Shown piece by piece: positions 31,219 through 41,444 of a stretch of 64,000 nt of DNA; position 1 is the stretch's first letter; each line of letters starts with the position of its first letter. Made by a program: the position numbers and the translations under genes. Source of the stretch: Cyanidioschyzon merolae (lineage: Eukaryota); the NCBI GenBank assembly GCA_000091205.1, contig AP006497.2; one strand, written 5' to 3'. A model generated the notes under the pieces. The model ran no database searches. It worked only from the letters and a program-made list of their open reading frames with translations, and had not been told where the DNA came from.

Positions 31219-31854
31219 ATGCACCACAGAGGCAGCGGCTTTGGGGCTAGGGCGCCAGTCACTGCAGACAGCTCCTCACGTAAAGAGCGAAACGTGCTGC
31301 GTTCTTTCGCCACTGCAGCGCTGGTAGCGCTGATGGCCGTTTCCAGTTTCAACTCGCCACTGAAACTTTACCGGCCGGCGTTCGCTGAGGAGGTTTTCAA
31401 GGTACCCGGAGGTGGTGCCTCTACTCTCGCAACAGGCACCTCAAAAATCGTCACAAGAGGCGTCAACTTGGAAGGAGCAAACTTTGCAAAGCAAGACTTA
31501 CACGGGGTCTCGTTTCAGCAGAGCATTGTGCGGGATGTCGACTTTTCCGGAAGCAACCTGCAGGATGCTTCGTTTTTTGATGCGGACTGTAGCGGAGCAA
31601 ACTTTCAGAATGCCAACCTCTCGCGAGCAAATCTGGAGCTCGCAAACTTACGCAAGGCGGATCTCAGAAACGCAATACTCACGAATGCCTATGTCGTTGG
31701 GCAGACCAAACTCGAAGGCATACAGATCGAGGGTTCCGACTGGACCGATGTTCTGCTTCGACCCGATCAACGACGGTTGCTATGTAAGCGAGCCTCCGGG
31801 GAGAACCCTGTGACACACATTGCGACCAAAGACTCGCTCGGTTGCGCGGATTAG
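31219..31854 (+). CDS. Pentapeptide-repeat protein with a bipartite transit peptide (thylakoid-lumen TL15/TL17-like)
   Basis: Tandem A(D/N)LXX pentapeptides ([69 protein letters not shown]). These are preceded by a hydroxylated/basic presequence, a hydrophobic stretch [11 protein letters not shown] and an AxA site (PAFA/EE). The open frame extends upstream to 30889, and alternative starts are 30889 and 31096. Confidence 0.6.
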   Translation: MHHRGSGFGARAPVTADSSSRKERNVLRSFATAALVALMAVSSFNSPLKLYRPAFAEEVFKVPGGGASTLATGTSKIVTRGVNLEGANFAKQDLHGVSFQQSIVRDVDFSGSNLQDASFFDADCSGANFQNANLSRANLELANLRKADLRNAILTNAYVVGQTKLEGIQIEGSDWTDVLLRPDQRRLLCKRASGENPVTHIATKDSLGCAD

Positions 31855-32793
31855 GTAGGTGCATGCTCTGGGGAGTGATTTGGAGTAGGTATGTGCCTTG
31901 TCGTCAACCAGACAATCCGACACCAGTCGGTTTAGAGCTGACGCAGAATGTTTTTGCAAATGTCGCTCGTCGGAATACTAGGAAAGTTGCCGGCGTTTCA
32001 TTTTGCGTTTAGGGCGGGTATTCACGGGAGCGACAAGCCTAGATGCAACATTGCAGGGTAGCGTGTTCGTACCTAGAATGTCGAGGTCGTCTGCGCGCCA
32101 TTTCGGTCCGCAAGCTAGCCTTTGCATCGTTGCTGATTAAAGCGCAAGGCGCTTGTTTGTTGATAAAGGCTGATGCAACGTCAACATCGGCCGTTGGCGG
32201 TATTCCCGGCCCACCGCTTCTCGACAGCAGTGTTGGAAGAGCGGGATCGTTGTATTGCTAAACTCACTTAACTCCCCCATGGATCCGTGTCTACTAGGAA
32301 AGCCCTATGGGCATCAGATATGAGGTGTGCCAGCACGTGCATTGGAGATAGTGGAAACGCCAAACGCCGAATAAATCAGCTTCTCCAGGAGAGTTCCGCC
32401 CATGGGTGATGAAAGTGTCACCATCTCGTCTGGCGGTAAGTTCATGAAGAACCCCGTACTTGCATCGCAGTCGCTATGGCATCGTCTAGAACGCACAGCC
32501 AGCTCATCGAATACGCAACTCAATAGGGAAATGCAGTCGCGATATGAAAACAAAGGTTATGTGGCGGGGAAGTCACTTATCCTAGGTAGAGCCCGAGTGG
32601 CGCCCCAGTCTGGCTCTAGAACTCAAAGTGCAGCATTCTCATTTTTTCTCGCCGGCACGCCAGCTCTAACTTGTTCTCGAACCAGCGAAGATAGAAACGA
32701 TATGACAGCATAGATGCGTTTGCAGACAACAAAGTCTGACGGAGTGCTATTTTTTAAAGCTCGTACCATTTTCAGCATAAAATGGATCAGGTC

Positions 32794-34156
32794 ATCGAAA
32801 ACGGGCTCACACACGACACTTTGGGTCACTTGCCAGAGCAATCAGCACCGGCCTCTGCGACGTATTTCTCTGGTGGCTTGCTTTCCCTCCATCTGATCTC
32901 CAGCTTCAAATACACCGGTCGCTCGTCACGCTCCAGCTCCATGCACAGCAGTCGACGGTTGTCGATGGCAGCGTTCAAGACCCGATCTCGCTGGCTGCAG
33001 CTGTTGTTTACGCATTTCATGCCGAGGCAAAGGTCGCGATCTGCGCCTCGCTTGCCAGGCTCCTCCTCTATGTGTACGGCGTCCGCGCGCCCCGAACAGC
33101 CACGACACGTGGCAACGGCGAGTCGTTCCCGTAGGCACACACGACGACCCCGCCGCCGACTGCCGGCCTGCGGTGCACGACCGCCCGCTTCATCGCCCGG
33201 GACATGCCCTTGACGGGTCCGGAGAGCTCCGGTCGATGCCGGCCACGGTTTTGCCGCGCCCGATGCCCTACTCCTCGATCAAGCACGTCGTCGGGACGAC
33301 GCTTTTGCTGAATGCACTGCCCGCTGCACGCCCGAGCACACGCGCTTCCATTGGATGAGGGATCCGTGGAATGCGATGTGGTCCCATGAAGAAACAAGCA
33401 CCAGAGACAGAATCCTGGCTCGGGAACGGGTCGAGGGATTTCCACTCGCCGACGCTGCCGTTGTGCGAAACGGCTAGGCATGCTGGAATGGACACGATCG
33501 CTGCGATAGTTCAGGCCAGAGTGCAGCACCCGTTTCGGTGCGAGCGGCACCGCCGGGAGCCTGCTGGAGCGTATCCCGCGAGACGTATCCTGTTGCTGTC
33601 GAATGCAGCTTCATCGATAGTCGGGAAGACAGCAGGGTTTTTGTTTTGAGGGGAATCGATTCGCGAACGTTTGACGGGTCATTGGGTTTGGATGTGAGCT
33701 TTTGAATGGATCTTCAAGAAGCGACGACAAGTTTTGACCGCCGTCAACGCAGTGGCGCAGGTTGCTGTGCCCCGCCTACACGGCGTCCAGTAGGTCGATC
33801 GATGACTTGAGGAATGCGTCGTTTGCATATGCTAAACGCAGGGAGCGGAGAAACGCGAGTGCTTTTGCCCATGCATTCGATCATCATACAGGTATTTACG
33901 AATCCCAGTGTTATCGTGTGTCGCGAATTCGCTTGATCCTGGTGAAGAACCGATGTTGAGCGGCAAAGCGCCGAGGGCGTCATTCGAAGCCCTCGACCAA
34001 GCATCTTAGAACTACACATGACTCCGCAAATTCCCGGTGATGCATCTTGAATGTCGAATCTGTGCATCCTGATCAAGTTGGAATTGAATCGGAAGGCAGT
34101 AATAGGGGGCAAGCAGTTCAGTGTTCCAGTTTTATCTGACACTGCAGCCGAGCCGC
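32794..34156. repeat. Left arm of a 1.36-kb inverted repeat (element R1)
   Basis: It is the reverse complement of 36539..37896 at about 97-98% identity, checked on several stretches such as ccttccgattcaattccaacttgatcagg. The mirrored ORF pairs in the track (32782/37478, 33068/37141, 33371/37042, 33744/36459, 33762/36732) trace the same relationship. Confidence 0.9.
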
Positions 34157-34342
34157 GCGATGACGCACGATGCTCCAAATCGTCGCCCGCTCTACTCGTG
34201 CACTGGTGATACGACAAGAGGCGCTGAGTCGGAGACCGAGAAGCATAGCCATTGACTGCGCCTACGCAAAAACCTCTTGGGACTTTATCCTTTTCTCGAG
34301 CACCTTCCTGGAATAAAGCTGCTGTTGAACAGTTACGAAAGG

Positions 34343-36145
34343 ATGGTGGTTCTCGCGATCGCTATTTTGAACAAGCTCGGCCGGCTACTGATTTCTCGTC
34401 AGTTTCGTGAGATGCAGCGGACCCGCGTCGAAGGTCTACTCGCCGCTTTTCCGAAACTTTTGGAAAACGAGATGACACGGAGTGGGGAGAATCGCCAACA
34501 CACGTTCCTCGAGTCGGACACGGTTCGCTACGTATACCAGCCAGTGGAAAATCTCTATGTGGTGTTAATCACGAACAAGACGAGCAATATCGTCCAAGAT
34601 CTTGAGACGCTTCGTTTGGTCAGCAAGTTGCTCGCAGAGCTCAGCCCGATCGTGGGAGTGATCGATGAAACCGCCGTATACGAAGCAGCTTTCGACTTGA
34701 TCTTTGCCTTTGATGAGGTCATCGACTGGGGCGGCTACGCAGAGGCCGTGAACGTGCCTCAGATTCGTCAGTATCTCGAAATGTATAGCCACGAGGAGCG
34801 CTTAGCAAAAATGATCAAAGAGAGCAAAATGCATGAGGCGAAAGAGGAGATGCGTCGAAAGGCGAATCTCATTGAGAAACAGAAGCAAGACCTTGCGAAA
34901 CTGCCGCCCGAGATACGACGCCTCATGGGCCTTGAAGGGAGCTCAGTTTCGGCAGGCTCTGGCGCGCCTGCAGTGTCTACCGGTGCGTATTCAACGGGGA
35001 ATATGCGAGGATTCGGGCCCCAAGACTTTTCTGGTGCTCTCGGAGGCAGCACTCTGCTTGGCGATGTTGGACCTGCTCCGTCCTTGACGCTGGGCGCCAC
35101 CAGAATAGCAGCGGACCAGTCGGCAAGCATCACGGTTTCAGCCGGAGGCCGGGGTCTGTCTCTCGGGAAGCCAAAGGCTCGCACCGAGGACTGGATGGCG
35201 CACCTGCATGCTGAGAGTGAAACATCTTCCGCAGATGCGCAACGCTCGCGCGTTACTCCCGATCATACGGAGCCTACAGCGTCGCAACGAGCTGCGAAGA
35301 CAGTCCCGTCCGAATCCGCCACTCGAGCGGTTGCAACATCTTCAATCCCTGCGTCTGATTTCCATCTAACGACCGAGGAGAAGCTGAGTATATCACTCAC
35401 TCGTGACGGTCGACTCGAGAGCTTTCAAGTACACGGCGAGCTTCTCCTTCAGATACGCGATCAAAAGCGGGCACACGCTCGCATCCGGCTGAAACCGCTT
35501 CCGGAATCGATGATGCAAAAGGTGCAGCTGCGACTGCATCCGATGTTGGATCGTTCGCTTTGGCAACAGTCGTGGGTGCTCGCACAACGCAACGCGGAGC
35601 GCCCGTTTCCCTATGGTAGCCCGACGCCAATGAGCCTGATCAAGTGGCGTTTTCAGTCCACTGATGAGAGTCTGCTGCCTGTGCTTCTGACCTGTTGGCC
35701 AACAGTCTCCAGTGATGAGACGTCGATGACGATCGAGTATGAGATGATGTCTCGCGCATCGGTTTCCTCAGACTTGTGTCCTCCGTCATCGCTGTCTTCC
35801 GTGCAGGTGCACGTACCGTTGCCGCGAACAGCAGTACAGCCTGGATTCTTCCAGTTGACACGTGTGGACGGCCGTGCAACGCTGGATGAAGCCGCCGCTG
35901 CCGTGCTTTGGACGTTGCCTCCGCTGGAGGCGCCCTGTAGCGGTGCGCTAGAGTTTACGATTGCAGCTGTAGAAAATCCCGAGCGTATGTTTCCGATTCA
36001 AATACAGATATCGGCCACAGAGGTTTATACGAAGCTTGAAATTTTGCGGGTGGAGGTGGCGACATCCCCAGAGTCGGTGCCAACGGAGGAGACGGCGTTC
36101 ACGCAGGAGCATCGCCTGCTCACCGATCGATTCGAGATTGTATGA
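34343..36145 (+). CDS. ARCN1: Coatomer (COPI) subunit delta, with a longin-like N-terminus and a mu-homology C-terminus
   Basis: [39 protein letters not shown] matches human ARCN1 [39 protein letters not shown]. Further matches are ...[16 protein letters not shown]...LETLRL...[10 protein letters not shown]...AKEEMRRKA. The maximal ORF starts at 34277, and I chose the homolog-aligned Met. Confidence 0.92.
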   Translation: [600 protein letters not shown]

Positions 36146-36538
36146 GAAAGCACCTGCCTGGTGTAAGCGTTTTTTTTTGCATTCGCGTGGTCTCGTAGAA
36201 ATATGCCTCCGTGGACGCCAGTATGCGTCATGTTGGGCGCGTCGATATTTTGCGGCAAAGTGCGGCTCGATCGCCAGTCTGGGAAGCTGATGCACCAACG
36301 CACTAGTAGTGGATGCTGCGATTCAGAATAAGCGCCTTTTATATCGGTGGATCGATGCTTGGTAGCCGCATAGGGGTTCCGCTTCGTATACCAGGTGGGT
36401 CTGATTCACCTCCGGAAACCAGAGCAGGATCTACACGAAATCATGTAGGAGGATTACCGTGGACATTACGATCCAGAAGAATTCTGCACGTATTCCCCAT
36501 GATTCAGGGATGAGTGCGAATGTACCCGACCCGGATGC

Positions 36539-37896
36539 CTCGGCTGCAGTGTCAGATAAAACTGGAACACTGAACTGCTTGCCCCCTATTACTGCCTTCC
36601 GATTCAATTCCAACTTGATCAGGATGCACAGATTCGACATTCGAGATGCATCACCGGGAATTTCCGGAGTCATGTGTAGTTCTAAGATGCTTGGTCGAGG
36701 GCTTCGAATGACGCCCTCGGCGCTTTGCCGCTCAACATCGGTTCTTCACCAGGATCAAGCGAATTCGCGACACACGATAACACTGGGATTCGTAAATACC
36801 TGTATGATGATCGAATGCATGGGCAAAAGCACTCGCGTTTCTCCGCTCCCTGCGTTTAGCATATGCAAACGACGCATTCCTCAAGTCATCGATCGACCTA
36901 CTGGACGCCGTGTAGGCGGGGCACAGCAACCTGCGCCACTGCGTTGACGGCGGTCAAAACTTGTCGTCGCTTCTTGAAGATCCATTCAAAAGCTCACATC
37001 CAAACCCAATGACCCGTCAAACGTTCGCGAATCGATTCCCCTCAAAACAAAAACCCTGCTGTCTTCCCGACTATCGATGAAGCTGCATTCGACAGCAACA
37101 GGATACGTCTCGCGGGATACGCTCCAGCAGGCTCCCGGCGGTGCCGCTCGCACCGAAACGGGTGCTGCACTCTGGCCTGAACTATCGCAGCGATCGTGTC
37201 CATTCCAGCATGCCTAGCCGTTTCGCACAACGGCAGCGTCGGCGAGTGGAAATCCCTCGACCCGTTCCCGAGCCAGGATTCTGTCTCTGGTGCTTGTTTC
37301 TTCATGGGACCACATCGCATTCCACGGATCCCTCATCCAATGGAAGCGCGTGTGCTCGGGCGTGCAGCGGGCAGTGCATTCGGCAAAAGCGTCGTCCCGA
37401 CGACGTGCTTGATCGAGGAGTACGGCATCGGGCGCGGCAAAACCGTGGCCGGCATCGACCGGAGCTCTCCGGACCCGTCAAGGGCATGTCCCGGGCGATG
37501 AAGCGGACGGTCGTGCACCGCAGGCCGGCAGTCGGCGACGGGGTCGTCGTGTGTGCCAACGGGAACGACTCGCCGTTGCCACGTGTCGTGGCTGTTCGGG
37601 GCGCGCGGACGCCGTACACATAGAGGAGGAGCCTGGCAAGCGAGGCGCAGATCGCGACCTTTGCCTCGGCATGAAATGCGTAAACAACAGCTGCAGCCAG
37701 CGAGATCGGGTCTTGAACGCTGCCATCGACAACCGTCGACTGCTGTGCATGGAGCTGGAGCGTGACCAGCGACCGGCGTATTTGAAGCTGGAGATCAGAT
37801 GGAGGGAAAGCAAGCCACCAGAGAAATACGTCGCAGAGGCCGGTGCTGATTGCTCTGGCAAGTGACCCAAAGTGTCGTGTGTGGGCCCGTTTTCGA
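36539..37896. repeat. Right arm of the 1.36-kb inverted repeat (element R1)
   Basis: See the left arm. The two arms flank a unique 2.38-kb spacer that contains the complete coatomer delta CDS. Confidence 0.9.
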
Positions 37897-38237
37897 TCAG
37901 CCGGGATACCGTTCTTCGCTTTCCGACATTGATGTGAAAAGCGCGTACCGTTCCGTTCTTTCTTGCCCAGATATCGGTGACGATGCGTCCATAAGATGAC
38001 ACCCGTAGAGACCAGATACGATCACAATATCCGGTTGGCATGGGCCCCCACATCTCGCACAAACGCCCCCTGATGTTACTGGGTCGTTCTTTGAGCGCTG
38101 CAGCGCTGACGACCGGCTCCACCCGGAAACCGGCATTGCCTCTTTGCCGATGTTTATCGTTCGTGTGAGACGCTCTTCCAAAAAGCCGTAGGTGTTCTGG
38201 ACACGCGTCCCAGCCTAACACGCGATTTTGATAGAGA

Positions 38238-41024
38238 ATGGAGCGGTTGCTGACCGCCATTTCAAGATTGAAGCTGGGCACGCATCCCCAGGTCAGTTCG
38301 GTGGCTGACCACCAGCTGAAGTCTTCGGCAGCGGCGCTTTCGCGGACGCTATGCAGTACCAGTGACGGTACGCGCCTTTTCTTGCTTGGGGCAGACGGCG
38401 GGCTCTGGCTGACGAATGCCGAGGAACTGTGGCGTTCTGCACAGCGGCTCGGCGAAGAGTCGCGAACGGAGTTCTTCGTGAGCAGCTCTGGAACGCTGGG
38501 GACTCCCGTACACTTGACTCCAGCGTTACGCTTCAAGCCGATCGCTTGCGCGCTTTCGAGCTCGGATCGATTTCTTGCTCTTTATGACGAGGAGTTTTGC
38601 GCGGTTGTGGACCTCCAAACAGTGCCGAGTTCGCAGACTTGGCTGGATCAAATAGCCCCCGCACCTGTGACTGCACCCGCTGTGCTACTAGGTAGTCGAA
38701 CTAGTCAGAGGGCTGCTTTCACGCTACGAAGCATTCGCCAGGTAAGTTGGCATCCCTGGAGTGATGGACGCCTCGCTATCCTCTACGATGATGGCATGCT
38801 GGAGCTTTACGATACCTTGGAAGCTACGCTACCGGAGCAGACCTTGCGCATTCGCTTGCCGCTGTCGGGGAGTGAAGCACCTGCCGCAACAGGCGTCGAA
38901 GACACCACTGTTGCATCAGTCAGTATCCAGAACGTCTCTGGTGCGCTGGAGCAAACCGCAGGACAGCGCACATTGGTCAAAACTGAAGCTCCAGCGGCAT
39001 TCGCTTTCGGCCCATTAACGGAACCATCGGAATATCCTTGGGAGCTTGTCACGCTGTATTTGTTGCGAGAGTCTGATGGAGCGCTGTTTATTCTCTGTCC
39101 GTTTGCTCCTACTGGACTGCGCTTGCCCGCAGTGTGGGTAGAAGCTGTTCATGGTCAGCTGGAGACTGGAGCGCTCGCGGATACAGCAACTTCTTCGGCA
39201 GCAGACGCGACCACATGGGCCGAACTACAGATGCGTTTACGACGAGAATGGCTGGCACTCTGCACCAGTCGGCAAGCTCGTATGGATCTCGAGAGCCACC
39301 GCGCAGACTCCGAAAAAGCGCCTCCCGTATATCGTTTGCTTCGACCTCCACGCACCTTTAACATGCAATGGACGCCGCTTCTGCAGGGCCCGGTCCATAT
39401 CGAGCATGATGCTGCAACAGCAGCGAGTCATTGGGCACCCGCGTGCGGCATCCAGGTTCTTCCGAGCCCGCTAGGTCCGCTCCTGCTCCGTACCTGGTGG
39501 CACGGTGTTCTAGACGTGCTTGTCACTATGGAAAAGGTGGAACCTGTCTGGGCCCCGTCGTCAGAGTGTTCAGAACAGCTGCCCGCAGAGGAGGATGTTG
39601 CGCCATCGCTGCTTCTCTATGAGCGCATCTTCACGGGCGCTCCCTGTGCTCATTCGATCGTTGGCGAGAGCCCCACAGGGCTCTCCACGTCCTGTGCAGC
39701 AAACGATGAGCATTTACCACTTCCATGGGTGTCACCTGCGCAGACAGTGCCCCGTCTGCAACGCAGTGTGCTGCTCATACGCAGCCACCAGGGCGTCTCG
39801 GCCCTCTATTTGACGTGGCTGGATATGATCAGCCACGTGCTTTCCCCGAGAAGTTGGCCGTCTAGCTCGCTTTTCCATTCCGAACCGGATTCCAATGACG
39901 AGTTTATGGAAAGTGAGCAGCTTGAACAGCTGTTGGAGCAGTTGCCATGCTCCACGCTTGTGCAGTCGCTGGCGTCAGAGGCGGCTCCGCTGGGCCTCGC
40001 AGAGCTGCGCCTCCCCAGTACAGTGACACTTGTGAATGGCCCAGCCGCGAACCTGCTGCTTGCAATGGATGCTGATGGAGAGCACTTGCGAGCAGCGGCA
40101 TTGCACTGGTGGCGCTTACCGAGCGTGGGCGCGAGCCTCCGTTTCCCGCGCTCTTCCATGACTACGCGGGAACTCGAATACACGGATCTGGTGCACGCAT
40201 GTTCGCCGGCGGTGAAAGCAGGAGCAGCAGCAGCATCAACAACAACAACAACAACAGTAGCGACGAAAATACGTTCAGCATCGGGGCTAACGCCTTTGGA
40301 GCAAAAGCTCACGCAGGTATTCGGTTCCCTGGTGCCATGGCACACGTCCGGAGTCAGTCATGCTGCAGCGACAGGCGACGCGCAAGAACTTTGGGAACAG
40401 ACGCGAACGCTCGTTCTCCTTTGGCAGATGATACAGACGATTATCCAGCCGCTGCGACTTTTCTATGCACAAACGCTATCATCGACTATAGAACAGCTTC
40501 CTCTGAGACTGGAAACGAACGCACGTCAGTACAGCTACCTCCAACACCGCCTAGAAATGCTGCAAAGTCGAGCAAGAGACTTGGATCATCGCATTCGTAT
40601 CCTGGCGACAGGAATGAATGAAAATCTCCAAAAGCGCGCTGCAGGTCTATCGGAGCTGCTGCTGCATCGGAAACCTATGATCACTCCGCTGGAGCGCCAG
40701 TGTTTTCGCCAGCTCGAGCGCTATCGCGAACGCCTCTGCGAGTTCCAGCAGCGCCTTACGCAGTTACAACGGCAGGCTGCAGCGGCGCGGCAATCAGGAA
40801 GCAGGGCGCTGCCCGAGCTTGATATCAGGGAAGACTGGTCGCTGTTACGAAAAACCCAACAGCGTGAGATTCGTCAAGCTATCGAAGAGAACACCCGTCG
40901 TTTGGAACGGCTTTGCCAGGTTTCGCAGGAAACACGAGCGTCGATCGAGCGACTTGTGCATATGCACGACATGCGGTTCTCGTCGTTAACGGGAACGTGC
41001 AAAGACGACACTCGGATTCTCTAG
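38238..41024 (+). CDS. Nup88/Nup82-like nucleoporin, with an N-terminal beta-propeller-like region and a C-terminal coiled coil
   Basis: A 928-aa ORF. SIRQVSWHPWSDGRLAILYDDGMLELYD resembles the Nup88 block [28 protein letters not shown]. The C-terminal coiled coil ...PMITPLERQCFRQLERYRERL resembles the Nup88 C-terminus [24 protein letters not shown]. It contains a poly-T/A insertion. The assignment is from recall and is tentative. Confidence 0.5.
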   Translation: MERLLTAISRLKLGTHPQVSSVADHQLKSSAAALSRTLCSTSDGTRLFLLGADGGLWLTNAEELWRSAQRLGEESRTEFFVSSSGTLGTPVHLTPALRFKPIACALSSSDRFLALYDEEFCAVVDLQTVPSSQTWLDQIAPAPVTAPAVLLGSRTSQRAAFTLRSIRQVSWHPWSDGRLAILYDDGMLELYDTLEATLPEQTLRIRLPLSGSEAPAATGVEDTTVASVSIQNVSGALEQTAGQRTLVKTEAPAAFAFGPLTEPSEYPWELVTLYLLRESDGALFILCPFAPTGLRLPAVWVEAVHGQLETGALADTATSSAADATTWAELQMRLRREWLALCTSRQARMDLESHRADSEKAPPVYRLLRPPRTFNMQWTPLLQGPVHIEHDAATAASHWAPACGIQVLPSPLGPLLLRTWWHGVLDVLVTMEKVEPVWAPSSECSEQLPAEEDVAPSLLLYERIFTGAPCAHSIVGESPTGLSTSCAANDEHLPLPWVSPAQTVPRLQRSVLLIRSHQGVSALYLTWLDMISHVLSPRSWPSSSLFHSEPDSNDEFMESEQLEQLLEQLPCSTLVQSLASEAAPLGLAELRLPSTVTLVNGPAANLLLAMDADGEHLRAAALHWWRLPSVGASLRFPRSSMTTRELEYTDLVHACSPAVKAGAAAASTTTTTTVATKIRSASGLTPLEQKLTQVFGSLVPWHTSGVSHAAATGDAQELWEQTRTLVLLWQMIQTIIQPLRLFYAQTLSSTIEQLPLRLETNARQYSYLQHRLEMLQSRARDLDHRIRILATGMNENLQKRAAGLSELLLHRKPMITPLERQCFRQLERYRERLCEFQQRLTQLQRQAAAARQSGSRALPELDIREDWSLLRKTQQREIRQAIEENTRRLERLCQVSQETRASIERLVHMHDMRFSSLTGTCKDDTRIL

Positions 41025-41444
41025 CAGTGCTTTATGTAAGTTGCAGATGCGAGCGGGGAAGGCACGCACCAAGCGAGCAAGTGGGTAAACCCTGCGCTTC
41101 CGTTTGCCGCGGACGCGAGTTCTTAGACGACTCCACCGGTGTTCGCGTCGAGCCGCTCTCGAAGAAATTTCTACGCCCTGAAAAGCTCCGTATAGATGAA
41201 GCGCCGGCCCTATGCTTATCCAGCTGGGGGTCGCTTCCATGCAGCACTGCTCACGACAGTGCCTGCTCACCGCTGAGTGGCCATGCGTGACCAGCACCGA
41301 AGGCGTCCCAAATTTTATGTGTTCACGGTTGGTGAAGCACAGAGAAGTGACCTCGGAACTTGCTATCGTGGATGAGTTGTCCGTGATGCTTTCGTGAGCA
41401 TAATCGTGATCTGCGGCTCGAAAATCATGGATAGGTGCGTTCTG

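Noticed and set aside
37478-38536. 352-aa ORF on the minus strand and the other mirrored ORFs inside the inverted-repeat arms (33068..33550/37141..37623, 33744..34217/36459..36947)
   Set aside because: Their duplication is a trivial consequence of the inverted repeat. The translations are Arg/Ser/Pro-rich with no recognisable motifs, and in the third diverged copy similarity is retained equally in two frames. Both points indicate non-coding sequence.
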